Shown here: one piece after another, positions 47,430 through 58,200 of the stretch
Layout of the letters: each line of letters starts with the position of its first letter
How positions within the stretch are numbered: position 1 is the stretch's first letter
Assembly (NCBI GenBank): GCA_965218095.1
Contig: OZ244587.1
Location: forward strand, 2,624,001 to 2,688,000
Direction: 5' to 3'
DNA length: 64,000 nucleotides
From: Candidatus Poribacteria bacterium
GTDB lineage: Bacteria; Poribacteria; WGA-4E; PCPOR2b
Made by a program: the position numbers and the translations under genes
Notes under the pieces: model-generated
What the model was told of the DNA's origin: nothing
Database searches by the model: none
The model's input: the letters and a program-made list of their open reading frames with translations, nothing else

Positions 47430-50021
47430 ATGAAACTCAAACACACCATTACCAACCTTTTCGGAGGACTGTTTGTATTTTCAACGTTAATCGCCGTAAA
47501 CACTTCGGCACAGCACACGCTCTCAGAAGAAGAGAAGCAATTCGACCTCAACGGCGACCGTCGATTGAGCGAAGATGAAAAAGAGATTATGATTGAAGCA
47601 ATCACCCTCGAAACCTTCACAGGAATGCAACTCACCGAACAGGAGATTCGAGAAATGCGCCGTGATGGCGGCCCACGTAGATTTGGTCGCCGAGGGGGTT
47701 TCGGTGGCGGGCGGGGCCCCCGTCGGGCCGAGAAGATTGTCAGCCGTTTTGACACGGACAAAGATGGCAAGTTAAACGATGAGGAGCGAAAAGCCGCTCG
47801 CAAATACATCCACGAGAGCCGAGGTGTAACAGGTGTGTTGCGCCCGTCTGAACCCACTTCGCCGGACACAACGCGCCAAGATGACCTGAAAACGAGCCAA
47901 GCGACCCGGCCCGATGGCGCACCTGATCTCTACGAGGCAAAAACACTCCGCACGCTCTATCTTCGATTCCACGATGCGGATTGGTACGAGCAGCTTGGCG
48001 ACTTCTATCGAACCGATGTTGATGTGCCAGCGGATTTAATCGTTGATGGAAAGCTCTATCCATCAATCGGTGTCCGCTTCCGCGGCAGTTCATCCTATTT
48101 TACGGTTCAGAACGAGAAAAAATCGTTCAACATCACTGTTGACTACAGGGATGACAAACAACGGCTCTACGGTTACAAGACGCTGAACCTGCTCAACGGT
48201 CATTCCGACGCCTCTTTTCTCCGTGAAGTTCTCTATTCAAGAATCGCTCGCAACTACATCCCTGCCCCGAAGGCGAACTTTGTCAAACTGGTCATCAACG
48301 GGGAAAACTGGGGGATTTACATCAACAGTCAACAGTTCAACAAAGATTTCCTTGATGAATGGTTCGGGACTAAAAAAGGTGTTCGCTGGAAAGTTCCGCC
48401 CGGACGCAATAGCGGACTGGTTTACAATGGAGATGACCCCGCTGACTATCAGCAGTCTTATCAACTCAAAACGAAAGTTGCCTTGAATCCCGACGCAGTC
48501 GGGGCGGCTGAGGCGCCAACCGCTTGGGATGATCTGGTTAAGTTGTGCGAAATTTTCGACAAAACATCCGATGACCAACTCGAATCCGAACTTTCTGCGG
48601 TATTCAACATCGACCGGGCACTTTGGTTCCTCGCGCTAGAAAATGTGTTCATCGACAACGATGGCTATATCAGTCGCGCCAGCGATTACGCTCTCTATCA
48701 AGACCCGACGGGCCGCTTTCATCTGCTATCGCAAGACAGTAATGAGACGTTTCGCTTTGCCGGTGGCGGCGGTCCCAACTCTTGGCAGACCAACGAGCCA
48801 ATGCTATCTCCCGTTTCTCAAGAACATGATCTGATGCGCCCCGTCATTCGTCGCCTACTTGCCATCCCGCACCTGCGCGTACGGTATCTTGACCACATTC
48901 GCACCATTGTCAACGAATGGCTTGATTGGGATGTGCTCCATCCGATTATTGCGGAATATCAATCACTCATTGATGCCGAAGTGAAGGCAGACCATAAGAA
49001 ACTCTACTCTTACGAGGCATTTGCCGCGAGTCACATCAGAGATTGGAGCGGCGGTGGAGGCCCCGGTGGTGGGCGTGGCGGTAGCTTGGGGAGAGGCGGA
49101 GGTTTCGGTCTACCACGCGATTTTGGCGGCGGGCGCGGCGGCAGAGGTCGGAGAGTCACGCCCAGTTTCAAGCGTTTTGTCGAGGAACGGTCCGAATATC
49201 TGCTCAATCACCCCGAAATCAATAAACCGACATCAACTATCGCGTTTGTCTCCGCGTCTGAAGAGTTGGTGACAAACCAACCCGCGATAGAAACACTCGG
49301 GGGCGGCCCCGTGCAAATCACAGCCAAGATTGGTGGAGATGTCAAGGTCGATGCAGTCATCTTGTATTATGCCGCCGGGCGATTATCGCCCTTCCAGAGT
49401 GTGCCAATGTCAAAAAACGGGGCAGTCTACGTGGGCGAGATTCCAACTTTTCCCGCAGGAAGGAAAATTCATTACTACGTCGAAGCCCGATCCGTTGAAT
49501 CGCACGGCACAACGACGTTCTTTCCGGCTCAAACTGAATTTGCGCCGTTGACTTACCGCGTCCCCCTTAGCCCTATCGCCGACAGTTCTGCAATCGTGAT
49601 CAACGAACTGATGGCGAACAATATGGAGAGTCTCACCGACCCGCAGGGCGAAAACGATGACTGGATCGAACTGCACAACGTGAGTAGTCATGCGGTCGAT
49701 CTTTCAGGAATGTATCTCAGCGATAGCCAAAAGAATCCGCGTAAGTGGAAGTTTCCCGATGGCACCCAGATTGCCCCTGGCGGTTATCTGATTGTTTGGG
49801 CGGACGAAGACGGCAAAGCACGCTCGGGGCTTCATGCCAACTTCAAGCTCTCAAAGAACGGGGAAACGGTTATGCTCATTGATACCGACCAACAGGGGAA
49901 TCAAGTGCTTGACCAGATCGAATTTGGGGTACAGCAGAAGGATACCGCGATCGGCAGATTGCCTAATGGCACTGGCGACTTTAAGCCGTTGGGGTTGACG
50001 CCGGGGATGCAGAATCAGTAA
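47430..50021 (+). CDS. Exported CotH-family kinase with N-terminal EF-hand-like motifs and C-terminal lamin-tail domain
   Basis: DLNGDRRLSEDE, DTDKDGKLNDEE; GVRFRGSSS, KKSFNI, LREVL, DNDGY; VINELMANN..DWIELHN..DLSGMYLSD. Confidence 0.9.
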   Translation: MKLKHTITNLFGGLFVFSTLIAVNTSAQHTLSEEEKQFDLNGDRRLSEDEKEIMIEAITLETFTGMQLTEQEIREMRRDGGPRRFGRRGGFGGGRGPRRAEKIVSRFDTDKDGKLNDEERKAARKYIHESRGVTGVLRPSEPTSPDTTRQDDLKTSQATRPDGAPDLYEAKTLRTLYLRFHDADWYEQLGDFYRTDVDVPADLIVDGKLYPSIGVRFRGSSSYFTVQNEKKSFNITVDYRDDKQRLYGYKTLNLLNGHSDASFLREVLYSRIARNYIPAPKANFVKLVINGENWGIYINSQQFNKDFLDEWFGTKKGVRWKVPPGRNSGLVYNGDDPADYQQSYQLKTKVALNPDAVGAAEAPTAWDDLVKLCEIFDKTSDDQLESELSAVFNIDRALWFLALENVFIDNDGYISRASDYALYQDPTGRFHLLSQDSNETFRFAGGGGPNSWQTNEPMLSPVSQEHDLMRPVIRRLLAIPHLRVRYLDHIRTIVNEWLDWDVLHPIIAEYQSLIDAEVKADHKKLYSYEAFAASHIRDWSGGGGPGGGRGGSLGRGGGFGLPRDFGGGRGGRGRRVTPSFKRFVEERSEYLLNHPEINKPTSTIAFVSASEELVTNQPAIETLGGGPVQITAKIGGDVKVDAVILYYAAGRLSPFQSVPMSKNGAVYVGEIPTFPAGRKIHYYVEARSVESHGTTTFFPAQTEFAPLTYRVPLSPIADSSAIVINELMANNMESLTDPQGENDDWIELHNVSSHAVDLSGMYLSDSQKNPRKWKFPDGTQIAPGGYLIVWADEDGKARSGLHANFKLSKNGETVMLIDTDQQGNQVLDQIEFGVQQKDTAIGRLPNGTGDFKPLGLTPGMQNQ

Positions 50022-50164
50022 AAACGGATCAGACCGATATAGGCTTAACACATCAAATCATAGAGCATACAAGATTCAAAATCCTGCTTCATTGAATCTT
50101 GAATCCGCTGCCATAAAGATTCCCAAATAATTCGCAATCGCACCCAATCAAGGAAAACCGAACA

Positions 50165-51754
50165 ATGATGTTTGAACTTTACGATACAACTCTTCGGGAT
50201 GGAAGTCAGGGCGAGGGGGTCACCTTCTCAGTTGAGGACAAGCTACTCATTATCAAAGCACTGGATGGGCTTGGGGTTCACTATATCGAAGGCGGCTATC
50301 CCGGCTCGAATCCGAAAGACATTGCGTTTTTCAAGCAGGCAAAGGCGATGAATCTGCAAACCGCCGAGGTTGTTCCATTTGGAAGCACGCGCCATCGCAG
50401 CTATCCGCCGAGCAGTGACCCGAATCTACAGGCGTTGCTGGACACGGGGGCACGTACCGTCACAATCTTCGGCAAGAGTTGGAAGCTGCACGCCACGGAT
50501 GTCCTGTGTGTGACGCCCGAAGACAACCTTGACCTCATCGAAAGTTCCGTTGCATTTCTGACCGAGAATGGACGTCAGGTTATCTACGACGCTGAGCACT
50601 TTTTCGATGGCTTCAACGACAACGCGGATTATGCTCTTCAGACGCTCAAGGTGGCGGCGGACGCGGGGGCGAAATGCCTCGTGCTCTGTGACACGAACGG
50701 TGGACAGCTACCGCTAGAAATTCAGAATGGCGTCAAGGCGGCGATGGCAACGGTTGATTGCCCCATCGGTATCCACACCCACAACGACGCCGGGATGGCT
50801 GTCGCAAACGCGGTGTTGGCGGTGCAAGCGGGCGCGAGCCATGTGCAGGGGACGTTCAACAGTTACGGCGAGCGATGCGGGAATGCGAACCTCTCCTCGA
50901 TTATCCCAACACTGAAACTCAAACTCGGGATTGATTGCGTGAATGAGGCACAACTGAAGCAGATAACAGAAGTCTCACGGCTCATCAGCGAGCTGGCAAA
51001 TCTCCCCCACGATGAACGTCAGCCCTACATTGGGCGGTCCGCCTTTGCCCATAAAGGGGGCATGCACATTGACGCAGTCCGAAAAAATCGGCTGACTTTC
51101 GAGCATATCAACCCGAAATTTGTCGGTAACGAGCAGCGCATCCTCGTCTCCGATCAGGCGGGCAGAAGCGCGGTTGTTAAAAAGATCGAGAACCAATATC
51201 CCGACTTCGATCGGCATTCGCCGGAAGTCATGGCACTTTTCCAACGCTTGAAGGTAGCTGAAAACGAAGGCTATCAGTACGAAGCGGCGGAAGCGTCGTT
51301 TGAGTTGCTCACCCACAAGGTTTTCAACAGCTATCAACCCTTCTTCAATCTCCTCGGATTCTGCGTCATCATTGAGAAGTTCACCAACCACAGCCTTCGT
51401 TCTGAAGCAACAATCAAAGTTGAAGAACCCAATGGCGAGATTGAACATACCGCCGCCGATGGCGATGGTCCCGTCAACGCACTTGATAGCGCACTCCGCA
51501 AAGCCCTTGAGCGTTTTTATCCATCGCTAAAGGACGTCCATCTGACCGATTACAAAGTGCGCGTTTTGGACACGCAAGCAGGGACCGCCGCGAAAGTTCG
51601 CGTCCTCATCGAGGCAAGCGATGGGCATGACCATTGGGGCACAGTCGGCGTCTCCGAAAATATCATCCAAGCGAGTTGGGAGGCATTGACCGATAGTTTG
51701 GAGTATAAGCTCTACAAAGACCGGGAAAAAGAGCGTTCTGATGAACTTCGGTGA
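50165..51754 (+). CDS. cimA: Citramalate synthase
   Basis: YDTTLRDGSQGEG, YDAEHFFDG, LCDTNGG, HTHND, AFAHKGGMH, GDGPVNALD, DYKVRVL. Confidence 0.92.
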   Translation: MMFELYDTTLRDGSQGEGVTFSVEDKLLIIKALDGLGVHYIEGGYPGSNPKDIAFFKQAKAMNLQTAEVVPFGSTRHRSYPPSSDPNLQALLDTGARTVTIFGKSWKLHATDVLCVTPEDNLDLIESSVAFLTENGRQVIYDAEHFFDGFNDNADYALQTLKVAADAGAKCLVLCDTNGGQLPLEIQNGVKAAMATVDCPIGIHTHNDAGMAVANAVLAVQAGASHVQGTFNSYGERCGNANLSSIIPTLKLKLGIDCVNEAQLKQITEVSRLISELANLPHDERQPYIGRSAFAHKGGMHIDAVRKNRLTFEHINPKFVGNEQRILVSDQAGRSAVVKKIENQYPDFDRHSPEVMALFQRLKVAENEGYQYEAAEASFELLTHKVFNSYQPFFNLLGFCVIIEKFTNHSLRSEATIKVEEPNGEIEHTAADGDGPVNALDSALRKALERFYPSLKDVHLTDYKVRVLDTQAGTAAKVRVLIEASDGHDHWGTVGVSENIIQASWEALTDSLEYKLYKDREKERSDELR

Positions 51755-51808
51755 GTCCCGACGCCGATGATAGGTGGAAATTTCCATTGACAATTAGGAG
51801 TCGCTTTT

Positions 51809-52304
51809 ATTCACTTCCCCCAGTTTTTTCTGAGTGGGTATCATCAGCGGTTTTGTAAGCTATAGGTGTAAGAAAGGATTTTCAGGTGTGGTAAAATATC
51901 TCCTTACCCCAATCAGCGAGGCTTCGATGACTCGGCTGATGATAACCAGTGTAGCCAAGATGTTCAAGCCCGTTTTGACGAAACCGGCGTTGAGAAACCT
52001 AATACTCACGACGATAGCAATCGCATTGGCTCAGACATTTTGTCTCAACGAAATCGCCTTCCGGTTGCCGGTTGCGGTCAAAACCTAAAAGACGAAACAG
52101 AACGACTTCTCAGATTCCTTAATCCGGTCTTTCCAATATAAAGCAGGTTATCTCTCAGGAATGGAGCGACTGGTGTCTGGTACCCCTTTCACCCTCACCC
52201 TTTGCAGGGGAGATACTGTTTCTCTGGCTTGACCTCAATGTTTCTGACACATATAGCCGCTAAAACCCCGTCAACTCTCAACACACGAAAAACTGGGGGT
52301 GAAT
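51809..52304. mobile_element. Internally deleted IS remnant with terminal inverted repeats
   Basis: attcacttcccccagtttttt ... aaaaactgggggtgaat imperfect IR enclosing a short degenerate transposase-like ORF (51834-52088). Confidence 0.6.
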
Positions 52305-52334
52305 GAGCGGAATCAGTAAAAATGGATCAGACCG

Positions 52335-52994
52335 ATGGAAATACTACAATCAATTTTCGCGCCATATTCACTCGCAACGCTGGGGACGATCATCCTCAAT
52401 CTGATCCTGGCATTTATGCTCGGTCTGGTTATCGCCGCCGTTTACCGATGGACTCACGTCGGTATGGCAGAAAACTCGATGACTGATGCGTTAATCCTCC
52501 TATGTATGCTCATTGCCGTCGTCATGGTGGTGATTGGCGAGAGTGTGGCGCGTGCCTTCAGCCTCGTGGGTGCCCTGTCAATCATCCGTTTTCGTACCGT
52601 GGTTCAGGATGCACGGGACATTGCCTTCGTCTTTTTCGCCTTAGCGATTGGCATGGCAATCGGTGCCGGTAACTCACCGGTAGCTGTCGTGGGAACGTTC
52701 CTTATAAGCGGCGTCATCATTGGACTCCACCGTTGGCATACAGCTTCTCCAAATGATGGAGAATTTCTTCTGACCTTCCAAGCACCGCTTTATCCTGAGT
52801 ATGAACAGATCTATGAATCGGTTTTCAGCAAACAGTTGTGTGCAAACCGCCTCATTGGTCAGAAGACGACAAAATCGGGAGCCGTCGAGCTGAAATTTCA
52901 TGTGAAATTGAAAAATCCGAAACGCTGGATACATTTTGTCCAAGAGTTTTCCGCATTAGAAGGCATCACAGATGTCAGGTTGATAAAACAGTAG
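52335..52994 (+). CDS. DUF4956 membrane protein
   Basis: ARAFSLVGALSIIRFRTVVQDARDIAFVFFALAIGMAIG. Confidence 0.9.
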   Translation: MEILQSIFAPYSLATLGTIILNLILAFMLGLVIAAVYRWTHVGMAENSMTDALILLCMLIAVVMVVIGESVARAFSLVGALSIIRFRTVVQDARDIAFVFFALAIGMAIGAGNSPVAVVGTFLISGVIIGLHRWHTASPNDGEFLLTFQAPLYPEYEQIYESVFSKQLCANRLIGQKTTKSGAVELKFHVKLKNPKRWIHFVQEFSALEGITDVRLIKQ

Positions 52995-53026
52995 GGGCGG
53001 ACCTGTGTGTTTACCTCAGACATGAG

Positions 53027-53899
53027 ATGAGAAGTAAGGTTATTTTGCTGATTCTTATTGCATCTGTCAGTCTTCTGCTGATCTATCTTCAGTGGCGAAT
53101 CCAGCGGTTTGCGCATCAACACACGCGCTTGACGAGTCCGCAGCCGATCCAACTCCCCTACAAATGGGTCGGTAATATCTCCCCGCTCAAGAAAGTTGAG
53201 CCTTCAGGCATTACCTACCACCCGCAACGCAGAACGGTGTTTGTTGTCGGCGATGAGGGACACCTCTATGAAATGCGTACCGATGGGGAAGCTGTACGAA
53301 CAGAATATCTGAAGCAGGCTGACCTTGAGGGAATTACAGTCAATCCCGTGACAGGGTTTCTATATGCCGTTGTTGAAGGGGAGGAGATGGTCTTTGAGAT
53401 TGACCCGCAAACCTTCCGTGTAACTCGAAAATTCACTGTTAATCGAAATTTCGCAGGGCGCGAGTTGTTGAAAAAGGGGGGCATGGGATTGGAGGCGATC
53501 GTCTTTATTCCAGACGCTTCCCATCCCGAAGGCGGAACATTCTGGGTTGGCAATCAATCTTTCAGTCTTAAGCCAGGGAAAGAGCCATCAATCATCTGTG
53601 AAGTCGTTCTCCCGCTTATCTCATCGAAAACCGGGGAAGGGCGTGGACAGATTATCCGCTTCTTTCCTCTTTCCATCATTGACATCTCTGGGCTTGCCTA
53701 TGACCCCCAACGTCAGTGTCTGCTCGTGATGAGCGACACGACGAACCTTTTGCTGGAAGTGACACTGGATGGAAACGTACGCCGCCAGTACCTGATACCG
53801 GGAGCGGATCAGGAAGGGGTTGTGTTGGACAAGATGGGGTTTATCTACATTGCACAGGAGAATGGGGAAGTCATCAAAATCGAAGATCGCCGAGATTAA
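53027..53899 (+). CDS. SdiA-regulated (YjiK-like) beta-propeller, membrane-anchored or exported
   Basis: N-terminal hydrophobic segment, EPSGITY, DLEGIT, DISGLAYD, DQEGV. Confidence 0.82.
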   Translation: MRSKVILLILIASVSLLLIYLQWRIQRFAHQHTRLTSPQPIQLPYKWVGNISPLKKVEPSGITYHPQRRTVFVVGDEGHLYEMRTDGEAVRTEYLKQADLEGITVNPVTGFLYAVVEGEEMVFEIDPQTFRVTRKFTVNRNFAGRELLKKGGMGLEAIVFIPDASHPEGGTFWVGNQSFSLKPGKEPSIICEVVLPLISSKTGEGRGQIIRFFPLSIIDISGLAYDPQRQCLLVMSDTTNLLLEVTLDGNVRRQYLIPGADQEGVVLDKMGFIYIAQENGEVIKIEDRRD

Positions 53900-54359
53900 G
53901 TTCGACGGTTGTGAGGACCAATTGAATCTGGTTCCACATCGCAATGGATTGGAAATGTATGGCTCGCTAAGGTGCAGCTTCTGTGCCATCAGCGACAGCC
54001 TAATTATACCGAGAACGGAGATTGATTTCACCCTTTGGGCGCACGAAACAGGTTGAGGATTCCGTTCAAACTGCACTGCTTGGTGCAAGACCGAGCTCAG
54101 TGAGAAACTCGTCAGTTTATTGTTTTCATTTAATCCAAGGGAGCGCATTTTATGATAATCGAATGAGGAAAGAAAATTGGTTATCAATATCTCTAAATTC
54201 ATGGCATAATCTCCGAGATAGTTTTCTTTTCATCTGAGCTTGGTTGACAGTTTTGAAGGGCGAAAACAGTCCTGTCGTGTTCAAGAGGTACTGCATAAAA
54301 GCGAATGAAAAATGTGCTTACGCAATTAATGTATTACGTCCGAGCTAATTGCTGCTGAA

Positions 54360-54614
54360 TTGAAACATACCGTGCCGTATCGGCAAGTCGTCACAGTGCT
54401 CAAACGGCTGTGTGGGCTCTCTATCACCACTGGCGCATTAGCGCAATCGATGCAGCCGTTGGCTAAGTGGTTTATCCCCGAATATCAAGTGATTCAAACC
54501 AGATTGCGACAGAGCGACTATGCCTACGTCGATGAAACCGGCTGGCGGTTAAACAGGCAATCGTACTGGCTTTGGGCATTCACCTCCAAGGTTTCACTAC
54601 CGGACCCTAGTTAG
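54360..54614 (+). mobile_element. IS66-family transposase fragment
   Basis: GLSITTGAL, YVDETGWRL, WLWAF. Confidence 0.8.
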
Positions 54615-54797
54615 TATATATAATAAGATCATATGATGCACGCCTCTCCTTATAAATAAGATATCTTCAAACCCTTATGTCTATTGAGTTTTAGGAGTGC
54701 GTCTGCTGTCCGGCGCGGAAAAAGAGGTGGATTTTTCTGTCCGCACGCGGGAGATTTTTCCCTTCAATTGAAAATTGCTATGAGGATCGTAGCCTGT

Positions 54798-54826
54798 TTG
54801 ACAAAAACAGGAAGGTTTGATACAAT
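54798..54826 (+). promoter_or_regulatory. Near-consensus sigma70 promoter
   Basis: TTGACA-17 nt-TACAAT. Confidence 0.65.
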
Positions 54827-54930
54827 TTGCTTATTGTTACGATTTTTTCAGTTATCACGCAACTGAAGTCAGACCTAACCCCCTAATCCCATATGCAACA
54901 AGGCAAGGAATTTGCTGGACGCTGACGCAC

Positions 54931-55079
54931 AGCCCCAAAGGGGCGAAATGTCTATAGCATCCGTGTTTTCTTAGCCCCATCGGGGCGACATGTGGACCAG
55001 CTCGCAAAACATGCCGCTCCTACGGAGCTAGGGCTAACGGTTGGCGTAGGTTCTATAAACATACCACCCCTACGGGGTT
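54931..55079. repeat. Cluster of four REP-like palindromes in inverted arrangement
   Basis: agccccaaaggggcgaaatgt, agccccatcggggcgacatgt, acatgccgctcctacggagct, acataccacccctacggggtt. Confidence 0.7.
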
Positions 55080-55263
55080 GGGCATGTTAGCTTGGTGCAT
55101 ATGCCCCCTAACCCCCTTTCCGATGCAGGAAGGGGAAACAAGAACTTCGTCCATAGATTCGGTGGGATTTCGCGGATTAAACCATCTACCCCCGGAGCCA
55201 CATCCGTGAAATCCTGGGGATGCGTGTTCTTTGATACAATCACAACCACAGAAAGGAGTGTGC

Positions 55264-58200
55264 ATGGCCAATTCGAGTCATCTATTTTTGACGATATTAT
55301 CAACACTTTACACGAAGGAAAGCGCATCCGAAACAGCGAATATCCCGTATCTACGCCAGCCCGCTCTCGCACCGGACGGGAGTGAAATTGCCTTTTGCTA
55401 CGCGGGGGACGTGTGGATGGCTCCCGCTACAGGCGGACAAGCAAGACGCATCACGGCACACCCAAGCTACGATTCGCAGCCGGTTTTCTCTCCCGATGGA
55501 GCACAACTGGCATTTGTCTCTCAGCGCACAGGTGGTGGAAATATCTATGTCATCTCCCTCCAGTCGAACAAGCCGCCGAGACGCTTGACTTATCATAATA
55601 GCGGATTTAGTTCCCCTGCCTGTTGGTCGCCGGGCGGGGAATGGATCTACTTTTCGTCGTACTATGACGGACTTTGCGGCGCGAGTTACAAGATACATAC
55701 CGATGGCGGCACACCTATCCAAGTTGCCAGCGATCCGGTAGAAACCCACTACTATTTAGCAATTTCACCCGATGGGAAAAGGTTGGCTTTTAACAACAAC
55801 GGGCATCAATGGTGGCGGCATGGTCCAAACCCGTCCGGGCATTCCGACATCTGGGTTATGAGTGAGGCAATTGGGGCGAATGACCACCGGCGATTGACGC
55901 AGTATCTCGGCAGAAACCTGAGACCGATGTGGAATGCTGATGGCAGTGGACTCTACTATCTGAGTGACTGTGACGGTGAGGAGAATATCTGGCATATGAG
56001 GCTGGAAGGTGATGCGGAAGCCGAGCAAATCACGCATTTCACGGACGGGCGAGTGTTGCGTCCATCGATCTCTGCAGATGGCAAATGGATCATCTTTGAA
56101 CGTAACTTTCAAATCTGGCGATTGAACCTCGAAAACCGAGAGACTGAACAAATAGAAATTATTGTTCAAACAGACGAAAAATCAAACCCAATTCGTCATC
56201 ATACCTACACCGCACAGATTAACGAACTTCAACTTGCCCCCGATGGCAAGAAGGTCGCTTTCATTGTTCACGGCGAGGTCTTTGCGGATCTGGCGGACAA
56301 AGGGGATAAGGTTAAAAAGGGCGGGGATTCGTTGAAGGTCACGGATACCCCTTTCCGCGAAAGCCAGTTGCAGTGGTACCCTGAGAGCAATTGTGTCGTA
56401 TACGTCTCGGATCGAACGGGGCACAACGAAATTTTCCAATACAATTTCAAAGAGCAGGTAGAAACGCAACTGACCGATTCACCAGAGCAGAAATACGCGC
56501 CGAAATTTTCGCCTGATGGCAAATGGCTCGCTTATCTCCAGGGCGATACCGAAATCTGGTTGATGAACACGGAAACGCAGGAGAAGCGTCCTTTTATCAC
56601 CTATCAAGTGTTTCCAGATGTACCTGAGCCGACGGATTTCGAGTGGTCGCCGGATAGTAGATGGATTGCCTTCATCGCAAGGGATCAGAATTTCTTCAGT
56701 AACCTCTATGCCCAGCATATCGAAGCGGAATCGCCCAGGCGACTAACCTTTCTGAGCAACATCAATTCTTATCGTATCCTCTGGTCGCCTGATGGAAAAT
56801 TCATCGTGTTCAACACAGGGCAGTACCGTACGGAGTCTCAGATTGCACGGGTCGATCTAAAGCCGATTCCGCCGGTTTTCAAGGAAGCGGATTTTGATAA
56901 GCTCTTCCAGGAAGATGAAAAGGACGAGCAGGACAAAGATAAGGAGGACACCCCACAGCCCCTGGAGGTGGAACCAAGTGAAACGGAGGCCAGCGATTCA
57001 GCCGACGAGGATTCGGATGAAGATGGAGACGAAAAGGCGGAGGGTAAGCAGCGGAAAAAGAAGATTGAGCCGGTTGAGATTGAGTTTGAGGAGATTAAGC
57101 ATCGGCTCCGTTTTCTCACGGACTTCAAGCTTAATGCGCAGGCGATGTGTATTCGTCCCGATGGCAAAACCCTGATTTTTCGCGCCTCCATGACTGGGCA
57201 TCCCAACCTCTGGAGTATGTCGCTTGAGGAGGATAAGCGAGGTGAACTTCCCAAACAGTTGACGGCGACGGGGAGCGGAAAAAGCAGTGTCCAGTTCCTG
57301 CCAAAAGGGAAGAAGTTTTACTACCTTGATGGTGGACGCATCCATTCGCTGGGTATGAGCGAAGATGGGGCAAAAGATGGGGATGCGAAGGCATTAGACA
57401 CTAAAGCTGAGGTTGAAGTCAATTTTCATCTCGAAAAGATGCAAGGCTTCGACGAAGCGTGGCGATTGATGCGGGATCACTTTTACGACCCGCAATTCCA
57501 CGGTTGTGATTGGGAACAAGTACGCAAAACATTTCGTCCAATCACCGAGGGGATACAGACCCAGACGGACTTCCGGGAGCTCTTAAACCTCATGGTTGGT
57601 GAGTTAAACGCTTCTCACCTCGGTGCGGGTGGTAAGACCGATACCGCGCCGGATAGTTACCTGGGCGCGGATTTTGAGCGGGAGGCGTTGGAAAACTACG
57701 GACATTTCAAGATTATCCATCTTTTGCCTGAATCCCCGTTAACGCTTCCAGAAGAACCCGCACGGGTTGGGGAGTATCTGGTTGCGGTCGATGGGGTTGC
57801 ACTCAACGGAGGGGTCAACCTACCTGAACAACTCCAGCGAAAAAAGGGGAAACGGGTGCCCGTGAAACTCAACGATAAGCCCCAACTTGAGGGTGCCCGC
57901 GAACTCACTGTCCAACCCATTGACAGCAGTCAGCACCGGAACCTCCGCTACAAGGATTGGGTGCGTTGGAATGAGGCATACATCCACGAAAAGAGTAACC
58001 GACAGCTCGGATACGCTCACATCCGTGAGATGTCTTACGAAGCCTACCTCCAGTTCATCGCCGACCTTGATACTGAAACTCACGACAGAGAAGGGGTTGT
58101 GCTCGATGTCCGATTTAACCCCGGTGGACATATCGCACCTTTCATCCTTGATGTTTTGCACCGCAGAGCCTATACCCAATCAAATTATCGTGGTTTAATC

